The notes under the pieces were generated by a model, which had not been told where the DNA came from, ran no database searches, and saw nothing but the letters and a program-made list of their open reading frames with translations. Positions 33,167 through 43,956 of a stretch of DNA of 64,000 bases are shown here, one piece after another; positions within the stretch are counted from its first letter, which is position 1, and each line of letters opens with the position of its first letter. The stretch lies in assembly GCA_963707635.1 (NCBI GenBank), contig OY970173.1:1344001-1408000 (forward strand), given 5' to 3'. Both the position numbers and the translations under genes were made by a program. This DNA is from Candidatus Latescibacterota bacterium. GTDB lineage: Bacteria; Krumholzibacteriota; Krumholzibacteriia; WVZY01; JAKEHA01.

Positions 33167-34495
33167 ATGAAGATCCGCCGGGCGCTCGTCGCCCAACTCG
33201 CCATCGTATGCGTGCTTGCAACCCGGGCGAACGCAGAGCTCTACGACCTCGAGCGCTGTCTCGATCTGGCGCTGGACGCATCCACCCAGGTCGGCATCGC
33301 GCGCGAGCAGCTCAGTACCGCCAGGGGCGATGTCATGCGGAGTTACGGTGCGCTCGTGCCCGACCTGCGCATGAATGCGTGGCTGGGCCACAGCTTCTCG
33401 GGTCCGACGACGGGTGTGTTCGTGGACGCGCAGGGGCGCCCAGTGCAGCCGATCGGCGCCAACTACGAGGCGTATACGTTTTCGCTCAACAGCCAGATGC
33501 CGATCTTCGACTGGGGGGCGAACATCAACGGCATCAAGCGGTCGAAGAGCAGCGCGGAGGCGGCCGCCTACCAGCTCGATTACAACCGCGACCTCATCAA
33601 AGCGGCGGTGATCCGCGAATACTACGACCTGGTGCGCCAGCGCAAGCTGCGCGACGTCCAGATGGCGGACGTCGACGCCAAGAAGCGCAACCTCGAGCAG
33701 GTGGAAGCGTTCTACAAGATCGGCTCGCGCACCAAGGCCGACTTCCTGCAGGCCCGCGTCGACATGTCGAACAGCCAGCTGCAGCTGATGACGCGCCAGA
33801 ACGCGGAAGCAATCGCGGAAGCGCGCCTGAAGTCGCGGCTCAACGTCCCGCAGGACGCGCCGCTGGAAATCGACGAGTCGATCGAATTCTCGCCCGGCCA
33901 GTTCGACCTGGTGAGCGAGATCTCCTACATGTTCGACCACCGCTCCGACCTGCTGGCGACGCGCCAGGACATCGAAGCGGCCAAGGCGGGACTCTCGGTG
34001 ACGGAGAAGGCGCGCTACCCGTCGCTCACGGGCTCGTTCAGCTACTCGTGGAACGACCGTACGTTCCCCGAGGACGGCGCGGTCTTCAAGCGAGACTACG
34101 TGTGGCAGATCGGCGTCTTTCTCGACTGGCCGATTTTCGACCGCTTCCAGACCAAGTCGAATATCCAGGACGCGAAGGCGCAGTACCGGATCGCGGAGTA
34201 CAATCTCCAGCAGGCCAAGATCGACGCGGTGCTGGACCTGAAGCAGATCATGCTCAACATCGACCAGGCGACGCAACGGCTCTCGCTCGCGGAGGAAACG
34301 GTGGCCGCCGCGGAGGAGAATCGTCGTCTGGCGGACGAGCGCTACCGGGTCGGCGCCGGCACCATTCTCGAAACCATCGAAGCGTCCACGTCGCTGCTTT
34401 CCGCGCAGGCGTCGCTGATCGACGCGCGCACCGATTATCTCGTCAGCCGCGCGGACCTGCAGCGCGCGACCGGGCGCAAGGTCACCTCGCGCTAG
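33167..34495 (+). CDS. TolC-family outer-membrane efflux protein
   Basis: Signal peptide, two OEP repeats, PIFD motifs, ERYRVGAGTILE. Confidence 0.9.
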   Translation: MKIRRALVAQLAIVCVLATRANAELYDLERCLDLALDASTQVGIAREQLSTARGDVMRSYGALVPDLRMNAWLGHSFSGPTTGVFVDAQGRPVQPIGANYEAYTFSLNSQMPIFDWGANINGIKRSKSSAEAAAYQLDYNRDLIKAAVIREYYDLVRQRKLRDVQMADVDAKKRNLEQVEAFYKIGSRTKADFLQARVDMSNSQLQLMTRQNAEAIAEARLKSRLNVPQDAPLEIDESIEFSPGQFDLVSEISYMFDHRSDLLATRQDIEAAKAGLSVTEKARYPSLTGSFSYSWNDRTFPEDGAVFKRDYVWQIGVFLDWPIFDRFQTKSNIQDAKAQYRIAEYNLQQAKIDAVLDLKQIMLNIDQATQRLSLAEETVAAAEENRRLADERYRVGAGTILETIEASTSLLSAQASLIDARTDYLVSRADLQRATGRKVTSR

Positions 34496-34570
34496 TAGTT
34501 GCTCCCACCATTGTCGCGAACCGCGGGCGGCGTGCTTTGCAGCGCGCCGCCCGCGTGCTATCCTGACCGC

Positions 34571-35281
34571 ATGCTGATCCACATGCGCGGCATCACGCGA
34601 CGCTACCAGATGGGCACGCACGTCGTGAACGCGCTGGACGGCGTCGACCTCGACCTCGACCGCAACGAATACGCCGCGCTGATGGGGCCGTCGGGTTCGG
34701 GCAAGACGACGTTCATGAACATCATCGGGTGTCTCGACACGCCCACGTCCGGCACGTACATCCTCAACGGTGAGGACGTCACCCGGCTTGCCGACGACGA
34801 GCTCGCCTACATCCGCAATCGCGAAATCGGGTTCGTGTTCCAGACCTTCAACTTGCTACCGCGCGCCTCGGCGCTCGAGAACGTCGAGCTCCCGCTCATC
34901 TACGCCGGCATGGACGCGAAGTCGCGTCGCGAGCGTGTCTGGGAATCGTTGAAGGCGGTGGCGCTGGACGATCGCGCCCACCACCGGCCCAACGAACTGT
35001 CGGGTGGCCAGCGCCAGCGCGTCGCGATCGCGCGGGCGCTCGTCAACCGGCCGTCGTTGATCCTCGCGGATGAACCCACCGGGAACCTGGACTCGAAATC
35101 CGGAGAGGAAATCATGAGACTTTTCGAGGTGCTGCACAGCCAGGGGCACACGCTGATCGTGGTGACGCACGACGACGCCGTCGCGGCGCACGCGCGGCGC
35201 GAGATCCGGCTTCGCGACGGCCGGGTCGAGTCGGATCGCCGGCGCGACGCGGTCGGTTCCGCGGAAGGAAGGCAGCCTTGA
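34571..35281 (+). CDS. ABC ATP-binding protein (LolD/MacB-like)
   Basis: [39 protein letters not shown]. Confidence 0.93.
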   Translation: MLIHMRGITRRYQMGTHVVNALDGVDLDLDRNEYAALMGPSGSGKTTFMNIIGCLDTPTSGTYILNGEDVTRLADDELAYIRNREIGFVFQTFNLLPRASALENVELPLIYAGMDAKSRRERVWESLKAVALDDRAHHRPNELSGGQRQRVAIARALVNRPSLILADEPTGNLDSKSGEEIMRLFEVLHSQGHTLIVVTHDDAVAAHARREIRLRDGRVESDRRRDAVGSAEGRQP

Positions 35282-36549
35282 GCAAGAAGCGCAAGATCGT
35301 CCTGGCCGCGGGCGGGGCGCTCGTGCTCGCGGTGCTGGCGCTGATCAACCTCCGGTCGAACCAGGGAAGCCGCACGGAGGTGCAGGTGGCCACGGTGGAG
35401 CGCCGGGACATCTCCAAGGTGATCACCGCGTCGGGGGAGATTCAGCCGAAGCGGCGCGTGAACGTGAGCGCCCGTACCATCGGAAAGGTCACGAGGCTCG
35501 CCGTGCGCGAGGGCGACCGCGTGAAGAAGGGGGACTTTCTCCTCGAGATCGACGCCGAGCCGTACGAGTCCGTCGTCGACCAGCTCACCGCGGCGGTGCG
35601 CGGGGCGGAGGCGTCGGTGGAGCTGGAGAGCGCGTCGCTCCAGAAGGCCGAGTACGACTTCGAGCACGCCCGGCAGCTCAGCGAGGGCGGCTTCATGTCG
35701 GAGAACGACCTCAAGTCCGCTAGCTCCGCGCTGGCCATCGCGCAGGCGCGCTTCAAGTCGGCGCAGGAGGCGTTGATCCAGGCGCGCGCCAACCTGCGCA
35801 AGGCGGACCACGACCTCAGGGAAGTTCGCATCACCGCCGAGATGTCGGGTGTGATCACCGGGCTCAACGTGGAAGAGGGCGAGAGCGCCATCATGGGCAC
35901 GATCAACAGCGCCGGCACCGCGCTCCTGACCATCTCGGATCTGTCTGAGATCGAAGCGGAGGTGCGGGTGGACGAGACCGAGGTCGTGATGATCAAGACC
36001 GGTCAGGCGGCGCTGGTGCGGCTCGACGCCCGACCCGACACCACCTTCCGCGGGGTGGTGACGGAAGTCGGCAACAGCGCGATCCGGTCGCAGGCGGGGC
36101 TCGGGCAGGAGTCGGTCGACTTCAAGGTGGTGGTGGCCATCACCGACTCGATCCCGAGCGTCCGCCCCGGACTCTCCGCGTCGGTCGACATCACCGTCGC
36201 CGAGGAGAAGCACGTGCTGGGAGTTCCCATCCAGTGCCTCACCGTGCGCGACGAAGCCAGGCTGCGGCGCGAACGCGCGCGCGGGAAGCAGAAGGGCGCG
36301 CCGGCCGACACGACGCCCGCCCCGGGCGAGGACGAAAAGCCGCGCGAGATCGAGGGCGTGTTCGTCGTGGACCAGGACGTCGCCCGGTTTCGCGAGGTGC
36401 GCGTCGGCATCGCAGGGCAGAGCCACTTCCTCGTGCAATCGGGGCTGCGCGAGGGCCAGAAGGTGGTGTCGGGCCCGTTCAAGGTGATCGGAGAGATCAA
36501 GGACGGCGACCGGGTGAAGATCAAGCCCGAACGGAAACCGGGGTCGTAG
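35278..36549 (+). CDS. MacA-like periplasmic adaptor (membrane fusion protein)
   Basis: N-terminal TM anchor, [13 protein letters not shown] lipoyl half, coiled-coil hairpin, VDETEV, RPGLSA. Confidence 0.9.
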   Translation: MSKKRKIVLAAGGALVLAVLALINLRSNQGSRTEVQVATVERRDISKVITASGEIQPKRRVNVSARTIGKVTRLAVREGDRVKKGDFLLEIDAEPYESVVDQLTAAVRGAEASVELESASLQKAEYDFEHARQLSEGGFMSENDLKSASSALAIAQARFKSAQEALIQARANLRKADHDLREVRITAEMSGVITGLNVEEGESAIMGTINSAGTALLTISDLSEIEAEVRVDETEVVMIKTGQAALVRLDARPDTTFRGVVTEVGNSAIRSQAGLGQESVDFKVVVAITDSIPSVRPGLSASVDITVAEEKHVLGVPIQCLTVRDEARLRRERARGKQKGAPADTTPAPGEDEKPREIEGVFVVDQDVARFREVRVGIAGQSHFLVQSGLREGQKVVSGPFKVIGEIKDGDRVKIKPERKPGS

Positions 36550-36556
36550 CCGGTCC

Positions 36557-37801
36557 ATGCGTCCCTCGCTGCGCATCGTCTTCGAGGGGATTCGGATCGC
36601 CGGCCGCGCGCTCTTGACCAACAAGCTGCGCACGGTGCTGACGCTGCTCGGCAACATCGTGGGCATCATGTCGGTGATCGCGGTAGTGTCTCTGCTCGGC
36701 GGCATCGACCTCTACATGCGCCAGGAAGTGGCGTCCGAAGGCAGCAATCTCTTTACGATCACGCGCGTCAACTTTCTCGAAGACATCACAGACTTCGAGA
36801 AACTCGTCGAGAAACTTCAGCACAACCCGAATATCACCCGCGCGGATGCCGACGCGCTGCGCTCGAGCCTGACACTGTCGGAGTACGTGAGCGCGGAGGC
36901 GTCGACCCCGCAGACGCACGTGGCCGCCTACGGGAAGGACGTCCAGGCCGACGTGGAGGGGCGCGACGGGTACTACCCCTACATCGAGAGCATTCCCATC
37001 GACGCGGGCCGGCACCTCACGCCGCTCGAGGACCTCGAAAACGCGCAATCGGCCGTAATCGGATGGGAGGTGTACGAGGCCCTGATCGCGCCCCGCGATG
37101 CGATCGGCCGTACGATCCGCATCGGCGACCGTCATTTCAAGGTGGTCGGCGTGGCCGCCAGGCGCGGCAAGGTCCTCGGGCAGAGCCGGGATCGATTCGC
37201 GATCGTCCCGCTGGGCGCCTACCGCAAGCTGTTCGGCCCCGGCCAGTCGATCGACATCAAGATCGCCGCCGCCGACATCCGCATGCTCGCCGACGCCATC
37301 GACGAAGCGTCGGTGGCGATGCGCATTCGCCACGGGCTCGGGCCGCGCGAGGAGAGCGATTTCGGGATTTCCACGAGCGAGCAGCTCATCGACCTGTGGA
37401 AGTCGATCAGCCGGGGCGTGATGGTGGCGCTGGTGGCGCTGGTCGGCATCTCGATGGTGGTCGGCGGAATCGTGCTCATGAACACGATGCTGGTGTCGGT
37501 GACGGAGCGCACGCGCGAGATCGGGGTGCGCAAGGCGGTGGGCGCCCCCCGGGGCGCCATCGTGTGGCAGTTCCTGGTGGAGTCGGCGACGATGTCGGTG
37601 TTCGGCGGCGCGCTGGGGATGGCGCTCGGCTTCGCGATTGCGGCCACGGTGTCGGCGCTCTCGGTGCTGCCGTACGTGGTGAATGCGGCAATCGTCGTGC
37701 TGGCATTGGTGGTGACCATCGTGCTCGGTCTGGTGTTTGGAACCTACCCGGCGGTGAAGGCCGCGCGCCTGGACCCGGTGGAGGCGCTGCGCTCGGAGTA
37801 G
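36557..37801 (+). CDS. MacB/FtsX-like ABC permease 1
   Basis: NKLRTVLT, VGGIVLMNTMLVSVTERTREIGVRKAVGA, YPAVKAARLDPVEALRSE. Confidence 0.93.
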   Translation: MRPSLRIVFEGIRIAGRALLTNKLRTVLTLLGNIVGIMSVIAVVSLLGGIDLYMRQEVASEGSNLFTITRVNFLEDITDFEKLVEKLQHNPNITRADADALRSSLTLSEYVSAEASTPQTHVAAYGKDVQADVEGRDGYYPYIESIPIDAGRHLTPLEDLENAQSAVIGWEVYEALIAPRDAIGRTIRIGDRHFKVVGVAARRGKVLGQSRDRFAIVPLGAYRKLFGPGQSIDIKIAAADIRMLADAIDEASVAMRIRHGLGPREESDFGISTSEQLIDLWKSISRGVMVALVALVGISMVVGGIVLMNTMLVSVTERTREIGVRKAVGAPRGAIVWQFLVESATMSVFGGALGMALGFAIAATVSALSVLPYVVNAAIVVLALVVTIVLGLVFGTYPAVKAARLDPVEALRSE

Positions 37802-37887
37802 GAGTGCTGTGGAGCGAGCACAGGCGGGTGGCGCCGACGGGCTGTCGGCGACAGGACCCGCGGCGCCGATTTCCGAGAGATGACGAA

Positions 37888-39138
37888 ATGATCACACGTC
37901 CCACCAAACATGTGTTGTGGCGCGCGAACCTCGGCCAGGCCCTTGGCGTGATTCGCACCCATCGCATGCGCTCCGGGTTGCTGATCCTCGGCGTCGCGAT
38001 CGGGATTTCCACCATCCTGATGATCGTCACCGTGCTCTCGGGGTTGAGCCGGAAGATCTATCGCGACATGGCCTCCGCGAACCGGCCCTACATCTACATC
38101 CAGAAGTTCGACATGTTCGTCTCGGGCGAGGAAGCGGAGGAGGCGATGCGGCGGCGGACATTCACGCGCGAAGATGTGGTGAAGCTGGTGGAGTTGTGCC
38201 CGAGCCTCGACGTCGTCGAGTACTTCGTGGAATCGCAGGGCGAGCTCGTGATTCGCTACGGCGCCGAGAAGACTCCGCCCACGTCGCTCTTCGGGTGCGG
38301 CACGGGCATGCTGGATATTTTTTCGCTCCACATCGACCGGGGCCGCTTCTTCACCGAGGCCGAGGTGCGCTATCGCGAGCGCGTGGCGGTGCTCGCGTCC
38401 GGGCCCGCCGAGGACCTGTTCAAGGGGCGGGATCCGATCGGCCGCATGGTGATCATCAAGGGCCAGAAGTACCGGGTAGTCGGCACGCTGGCGTCGCGCA
38501 AGCACGTGTTCGGCGCCATGACGGACAACTTCGTGTCGATACCGCACACGACCTTCGGCAAGGATATTCAGTACGAAGGCAGCTGGGTGACCATCGGGGC
38601 GACTGTGCGCGAAGGCGTCCCGCTCGAGCAGGGGGTCGAGGACGCCACGCGCGCCATGCGCGTCATCCGCGGATTGCGCCCGGGCGAGAAGAACGACTTC
38701 GACGTGACCACGAGCGAGGCGTTCATCGACCTGGTGAAGCGGGTGACCGTGCCCATCGGCATCGTGCTCACCATCATCGCCTCGATCGGACTGGTCGTCG
38801 GCGGCATCGGCGTCATGAACGTCATGCTGATATCCGTGACCGAGCGCACGCGCGAGATCGGCGTACGCCGCGCGATCGGCGCGGGCCGCGGCGACATCAT
38901 GCTGCAGTTTCTGGTCGAAGCGGGGACCCTGACCGGAATCGGCGGGGTGATCGGGGTCGCGTTCGGCACGGCGCTGGCGTACCTGGTCTCCAGCCTGATC
39001 CACTTCCCCTTCTCCTTTTCGGTGGGCTGGACGGTGCTGTCGCTGGTGTTCTCGATTCTCGTCGGCGTCGGGTTCGGCCTGTATCCCGCGCGCCGCGCCG
39101 GCGACATGGACCCGGTCACCGCGCTGCGCTACGAGTAG
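37888..39138 (+). CDS. MacB/FtsX-like ABC permease 2
   Basis: HRMRSGL, VGGIGVMNVMLISVTERTREIG, YPARRA...DPVTALRYE. Confidence 0.93.
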   Translation: MITRPTKHVLWRANLGQALGVIRTHRMRSGLLILGVAIGISTILMIVTVLSGLSRKIYRDMASANRPYIYIQKFDMFVSGEEAEEAMRRRTFTREDVVKLVELCPSLDVVEYFVESQGELVIRYGAEKTPPTSLFGCGTGMLDIFSLHIDRGRFFTEAEVRYRERVAVLASGPAEDLFKGRDPIGRMVIIKGQKYRVVGTLASRKHVFGAMTDNFVSIPHTTFGKDIQYEGSWVTIGATVREGVPLEQGVEDATRAMRVIRGLRPGEKNDFDVTTSEAFIDLVKRVTVPIGIVLTIIASIGLVVGGIGVMNVMLISVTERTREIGVRRAIGAGRGDIMLQFLVEAGTLTGIGGVIGVAFGTALAYLVSSLIHFPFSFSVGWTVLSLVFSILVGVGFGLYPARRAGDMDPVTALRYE

Positions 39139-39202
39139 CATTCGCGCTTGCCGCCCGCCCGCGGCTGGCCTACCTTGAGGGCGACGCCCCTTCCAGCACA
39201 CG

Positions 39203-40489
39203 ATGACTCGCCACCTGCCGAAGTTCCGCCTGCTCGCGACCGCGCTGACGCTCGCGTCGCTCGCGCTGGTCGCGCCGAGCGCGCGCGCCCAGAACTTCGG
39301 GCTGTTCGCGAGCGCCTTCCTGGATTCCACGCGGGCGCCTTCCGCGCGCATCACGGTGGAAGTCCCGTTCCGTACGCTCGTGTTCCTGAAGAAGGAAGGG
39401 TATTACGACGCGCGCTTCGAGTCGTACCTGTCGATCCGCCGCACCGACATCCAGAAAACGCGTCCGACGACGTACGTGCTCAACGGCTTCGCCACCGTGA
39501 AGACCTACGAGGAGACGAAGCAACGCGACCAGAAGGCCCGGGTGGGGCGGGAAATCAGGCTGGCGCCCGGCGACTACGAGATCGAGGCCATCCTGCGCAT
39601 CCGGGAAACCATCATCGCGGTGACCCGTTCGGTGACGCTGCGCGTACCCGACTTCCTCGCGTCCGGCATGGGGTTCGGCACACCGCTGGTGCTGTCGATC
39701 CCGCCGACCTACACCACCAACTTCGCCCGCTGGTCGGAAGTAAAGGATCAGCTGGCCGGGGCGGATGCGCCGGCGAACGCCGCCATCGTCGGGCTCGAAC
39801 GGCAGCCCGGGGTCCGCTTCGCGATCTATTTCGACAGCGAAGTCCGGGTGCCGTCGCCGTGCGACATCTACTACGAAGTCGCCGACGGCAGCAATCGTCA
39901 GGTCCTCTACGGCAAGCGCCGCATCGACCTCCGCGGCAAAGACGACGAGTTCGTGATCGCCTTCAACGTGGACGATTGGACGCCCGGCGCGTACCGGGTG
40001 AATCTGCGCGCGCAAACCCAGTCGCCCGCGCGCGACGCCACCGCGTCGGTGGATGTCCACGTCGACGTCACGCGCGCGATGCTGGGCGCCAACTTCGACG
40101 ATACCCTCGAGATCCTCGGGCTGATCGCGAGCAGCGAGGAACTCAAGGAGCTGCGCGCGGCGCCCGAGGCCGGACGGGCCGCGGCGTGGGCGAAGTTCTG
40201 GAGCGCGCGCGACCCGGATCCGTCGACGCCGGAGAACGAGGCGCTCGCGCAGTATCTCGAGCGTGTCCAGTACGTGGTGAAGGAGTTCTCGCAGTTCGGC
40301 ACGGGGTGGAGGTCGGATCGCGGACGCGTCTACATCCGCTACGGGCCGCCCGAGCAGATCGACACCGCCATGGACCAGCGCGCGCAGGGAGAGTACGAGA
40401 TCTGGCGTTACTACACCCTGAACCGAAACTTCGTCTTTTACGACATGTTCGGGGTCGGCGACTTCAAACTGGTCGAGGGAGAATTGTGA
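39203..40489 (+). CDS. GWxTD-domain protein
   Basis: Signal peptide. FWSARDPDPSTPENE...GWRSDRGRVYIRYGPP...YEIWRY...FVFYD...GDFKL. Confidence 0.88.
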   Translation: MTRHLPKFRLLATALTLASLALVAPSARAQNFGLFASAFLDSTRAPSARITVEVPFRTLVFLKKEGYYDARFESYLSIRRTDIQKTRPTTYVLNGFATVKTYEETKQRDQKARVGREIRLAPGDYEIEAILRIRETIIAVTRSVTLRVPDFLASGMGFGTPLVLSIPPTYTTNFARWSEVKDQLAGADAPANAAIVGLERQPGVRFAIYFDSEVRVPSPCDIYYEVADGSNRQVLYGKRRIDLRGKDDEFVIAFNVDDWTPGAYRVNLRAQTQSPARDATASVDVHVDVTRAMLGANFDDTLEILGLIASSEELKELRAAPEAGRAAAWAKFWSARDPDPSTPENEALAQYLERVQYVVKEFSQFGTGWRSDRGRVYIRYGPPEQIDTAMDQRAQGEYEIWRYYTLNRNFVFYDMFGVGDFKLVEGEL

Positions 40490-42051
40490 TGCGCCGGTTC
40501 CGGCACGCCACGCGCGCGTGTGCCCTGGCCACCGCGCTGACCGCGGCCGTCGCGATCGCGTGCGGGAACGACGCCGGGCGCGAGCGGGTGCTCGAGCTTG
40601 CGCTCGAGACCTCGCCCAACCGTCTCGACCCGGCGCTGGTGGTCGACGTCGCCGAGGGCGAGATCTGCACCCTCGTCTTCGACGGGCTGGTCGGCATTGC
40701 GCCGGACGGGAAACTGGTGCCCGCGCTCGCTCGATCCTGGGAGCTCGAGGACGGCGGGCGCCGCTACCTATTCCACCTGGATTCCCGGGCGATGTTTTCG
40801 AACGGGAAACCCGTGCGCGCGAACGACGTGGCGGCCAGTTTCACCCGCGTGCTCGCCCCCGCAACCGCGTCTCCGCGCGCGTGGGTGCTCGAGCGCATTC
40901 GCGGCGCCGTCGAGTTTCGCGCCGGCCAGGCGGCGTCGGTGGCCGGGCTGGTCGCGCGCGACGACTCGACGCTCGCCGTCGAGCTGGAGGAGCCGTTCGC
41001 GCCGTTTCTCTCCATGCTGGCGCTGCCCGCGGCGCGGGTGGTCGATGTCGCCGCCGGCGTGCCGTCCGACGGCGCGTTGCCGGTCGGATCGGGGCCGTGG
41101 ACGGTGCGCGAGTGGGTGCGCGGCGACCGCATCACCCTGGAGCCCAACCCCCACCACGCGCACGCCGCGCGCGGGCTCGACGCGCTGCAGTACCGCGTGA
41201 TCCCGGAGCCGTTCACCCGCATCGCGGAATTCGAATCGGGAACGATCGACGTGCTCGAAATCCCGGACGCGGAAGTGACGCGTTTCCTCTCCGGCCCGGA
41301 CGCCGCGCGCGTGCAGCGGCGGGCCGAGCTGCGCGTCTTCTACATCGGGCTCAACAATCGCCGCCTGGCCGACGCGCGGGTGCGCCGTGCGCTCAACCAC
41401 GCCGTCAACGTCGACGAGCTCGTCCGCGTCCTCGCCTCCGGGGCGGCGATCCCGGCGCACGGGGCCATTCCGCCGGCGCTCGCGGGCTATCGCGAGCGCG
41501 CGGGCTACGGCTACGACCCGGTGCTCGCGAAACGACTCCTGGCCGAGGCCGGCTTTTCCGACGGGTTGTCGCTGGAGATCTGGCACCGGGAGAGCGCGGA
41601 AGGGAATCGCGTGGTCGAGGCGGTGCAGGGGTACCTGCAGGCCGTGGGCGTCCACGCCACCCTGGTGCGGCGCGAGTGGACGGCGTTCAAGGAGGCGGTG
41701 AGCGCGGGCAAGGTCGACGCGTTCCTGCTCGATTGGTTCGCGGACTATCCCGACGCGGAGAACTTTCTCTTCCCGTTGTTCGATTCCAGCAACCAGGGCG
41801 GAGGCGGCAACCGCTCGTTCTTCTCCGATCCGGAGGTGGACCGCGTGCTGGCCGAAGCCAGCCGGATGCAGGATCCCGCGCGACGCAGCGACGCCTACGC
41901 CCGTGTCGACAGCCTGGTCTACGCGCAGGCGCCCTGGATCTACCTCTACTTTCCCACCACGTTTCACATCGTCTCCGACCGCGTGTCGGGCTACCGGCTC
42001 CCGGCGCTGTACCTGGGAAACGACTTCAGCGGCGTGACCAAGTCTCGCTAA
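40489..42051 (+). CDS. Peptide ABC transporter substrate-binding lipoprotein (family 5)
   Basis: Lipobox AIAC, LDPA, FSNGKP, PVGSGPW, VRRALNHAV, WFADYPD. Confidence 0.9.
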   Translation: MRRFRHATRACALATALTAAVAIACGNDAGRERVLELALETSPNRLDPALVVDVAEGEICTLVFDGLVGIAPDGKLVPALARSWELEDGGRRYLFHLDSRAMFSNGKPVRANDVAASFTRVLAPATASPRAWVLERIRGAVEFRAGQAASVAGLVARDDSTLAVELEEPFAPFLSMLALPAARVVDVAAGVPSDGALPVGSGPWTVREWVRGDRITLEPNPHHAHAARGLDALQYRVIPEPFTRIAEFESGTIDVLEIPDAEVTRFLSGPDAARVQRRAELRVFYIGLNNRRLADARVRRALNHAVNVDELVRVLASGAAIPAHGAIPPALAGYRERAGYGYDPVLAKRLLAEAGFSDGLSLEIWHRESAEGNRVVEAVQGYLQAVGVHATLVRREWTAFKEAVSAGKVDAFLLDWFADYPDAENFLFPLFDSSNQGGGGNRSFFSDPEVDRVLAEASRMQDPARRSDAYARVDSLVYAQAPWIYLYFPTTFHIVSDRVSGYRLPALYLGNDFSGVTKSR

Positions 42052-42118
42052 CGCCCATCGCAGCGGGGCGAATGTGCGTCGTTGATGCGCGCGCGCGCCT
42101 GACATATGCTCGGCCCGC

Positions 42119-43057
42119 ATGTTCGGCTACGCGCTGCGACGTTTCCTCTGGTTCGTGCCCATGCTGCTCGGCGTGGCGACGGTGACGTTTTTGCTCCTGC
42201 ACGTGCTCCCGGGAGACCCGGTGCTGAGCATGGTCGGCGAACGCTACGACGCCGACACGCTGGCGCGACTGCGCGCGGAAATGCACCTCGACGATCCGCT
42301 GCCGGAACGCTACCTCCGCTACCTCGGCAATCTCGCGCGTCTCGATCTGGGGACGTCGTACGTCACCGGCGCGCCGGTCTGGGATTCGATCCGCGAGCGC
42401 TTTCCGCTGACGCTTCGCCTCGCCGCCGCGGCGATGGCGATCGCGGTGGTGGTCGGGGTCGGGATCGGCGTGCTGGCGGCGTGGCGCCGCGGGTCGCCGC
42501 TCGATTACCTGCTCGTGGGCGGCTCGGTGGTCGGCGTCTCCATGCCGGTGTTCTGGCTGGGCGTGCTGCTGATCTATCTGTTTTCGATGCGCCTGGGATG
42601 GCTGCCCGCGTCCGGCTTCGGCAACGGCAATCCGCTCTACCTCGTGCTGCCCGCGATCACGCTGGCGCAGGCGTCCACCGCGTATGTCGCGCGCATCACG
42701 CGCTCGAGCGTGCTCGACGAGATCCACGAGACCTACGTGAAGGCGGCGCGCGCAAAGGGCGCGCCCGAAGCGCGGCTGCTGTTTCGGCACGCGCTGCGCA
42801 ACGCGCTCCTGCCGATCATTACGGTTGTCGGCGTCGACTTCGGGAGCTACTTGAGCGGGGCGGTGCTGACCGAGTCGATCTTCGCCTGGCCCGGGTTGGG
42901 GCGCTTCACCCTCGACGCCATTCTCAAGCGCGACCTGCCGGCGATCCAGGGCGCGGTTCTGTTCATGGCGATCCTGTTCATGGTGGTCAATCTCGCGGTC
43001 GATCTGCTCTATGCGCGCGTGGACCCGCGCGTGAAGCTCGGAGGCAGGGGAGCGTAA
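42119..43057 (+). CDS. Peptide ABC transporter permease (DppB family)
   Basis: LPGDP, DLGTS, SMPVFWLG, AARAKG, RHALRNA, FAWPGLG. Confidence 0.93.
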   Translation: MFGYALRRFLWFVPMLLGVATVTFLLLHVLPGDPVLSMVGERYDADTLARLRAEMHLDDPLPERYLRYLGNLARLDLGTSYVTGAPVWDSIRERFPLTLRLAAAAMAIAVVVGVGIGVLAAWRRGSPLDYLLVGGSVVGVSMPVFWLGVLLIYLFSMRLGWLPASGFGNGNPLYLVLPAITLAQASTAYVARITRSSVLDEIHETYVKAARAKGAPEARLLFRHALRNALLPIITVVGVDFGSYLSGAVLTESIFAWPGLGRFTLDAILKRDLPAIQGAVLFMAILFMVVNLAVDLLYARVDPRVKLGGRGA

Positions 43058-43956
43058 TGGCAGCCGTTCCCGCCGTTGCAACCGACGTCCCCGCGCGTCC
43101 CCGACGGACGGGAATGGCGCCCGCCCTTCGGCGCTTTGCCGCCCAGCGGGCGGGTGTGTTCGGGCTGGTGTTGATCGTCGTGACCGTCGGCGGCGGGGTT
43201 CTCGCGCCGTGGCTCACCCGCTACGATCCCACCGCGATCGCGATGGATCAGGCCCTGCAGCCGCCCGGTCCCGGCCACTGGCTCGGCACCGATGCCTTCG
43301 GGCGCGACGTCTTGAGCCGGGTGCTGCACGGCGCGCGTTTCTCGCTGGAGGTGGGCGTGGTGTCGAGGATCATCGCGCTCGCCCTCGGAGCGAGCCTCGG
43401 CCTGCTCGCCGGCTACTACGGCGGTCGCTTCGACCAGGTCGTCATGCGCGTGGCGGATGTGACCCTCGCGTACCCGGCGCTGCTCCTGTTGATCGCCGTC
43501 ATGGCCGCGATCGGACCGAGCAAGACCGCGCTCTTCGTGGCCCTCGGAAGCGTGGGGTGGGCAGGGGTGGCGCGCCTGGTGCGCGCGCAGGTCCTCTCGA
43601 TCAAGGAACGCGAGTTCGTGACCGCCATTCGCTCCCTGGGGGCGAGCGACCGCACGATCATCGTGCGACACCTCCTGCCCAACGTCCTGACACCCATGGT
43701 GGTGATCTTCTCGATGGGGCTCGGGGCGTCCATCATGGCGGAGTCGTCGCTGAGCTTCCTCGGGCTGGGCGCGCAGCCCCCGCACCCGAGCTGGGGCTCG
43801 ATGATCAGCTCCGGATTGGATTATCTTCGAGTGGCGCCGTGGCTCTCGCTCGCGCCCGGGGTCATGGTGACCCTGACGGTGTTGGGCTTCAACTTGCTAG
43901 GCGATACCTTGCGCGACCTGTTCGACCCGAAGCTGGGGCGAGCGGCGCGCCGATGA
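43057..43956 (+). CDS. Peptide ABC transporter permease (DppC family)
   Basis: TAATG overlap. HWLGTDAFGRD, RHLLPN, ESSLSFLGLG, FNLLGD. Confidence 0.93.
   Translation: MAAVPAVATDVPARPRRTGMAPALRRFAAQRAGVFGLVLIVVTVGGGVLAPWLTRYDPTAIAMDQALQPPGPGHWLGTDAFGRDVLSRVLHGARFSLEVGVVSRIIALALGASLGLLAGYYGGRFDQVVMRVADVTLAYPALLLLIAVMAAIGPSKTALFVALGSVGWAGVARLVRAQVLSIKEREFVTAIRSLGASDRTIIVRHLLPNVLTPMVVIFSMGLGASIMAESSLSFLGLGAQPPHPSWGSMISSGLDYLRVAPWLSLAPGVMVTLTVLGFNLLGDTLRDLFDPKLGRAARR

Noticed and set aside
37824..37861. Hairpin between the two MacB-like permease genes as a third copy of the gcv-associated element
   Set aside because: It forms a stem (GCGGGT..CGCCGAC/GTCGGCG..ACCCGC) but shares no sequence with the 59-nt core; probably an ordinary GC-rich hairpin.
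39148..40488. 967-aa SBP fusion (and similar long upstream extensions at 37063, 42106, 43209, 20977, 52831)
   Set aside because: The extensions are off-frame overlaps with the upstream genes; true starts are at coupled stop/start junctions or nearby downstream ATGs.
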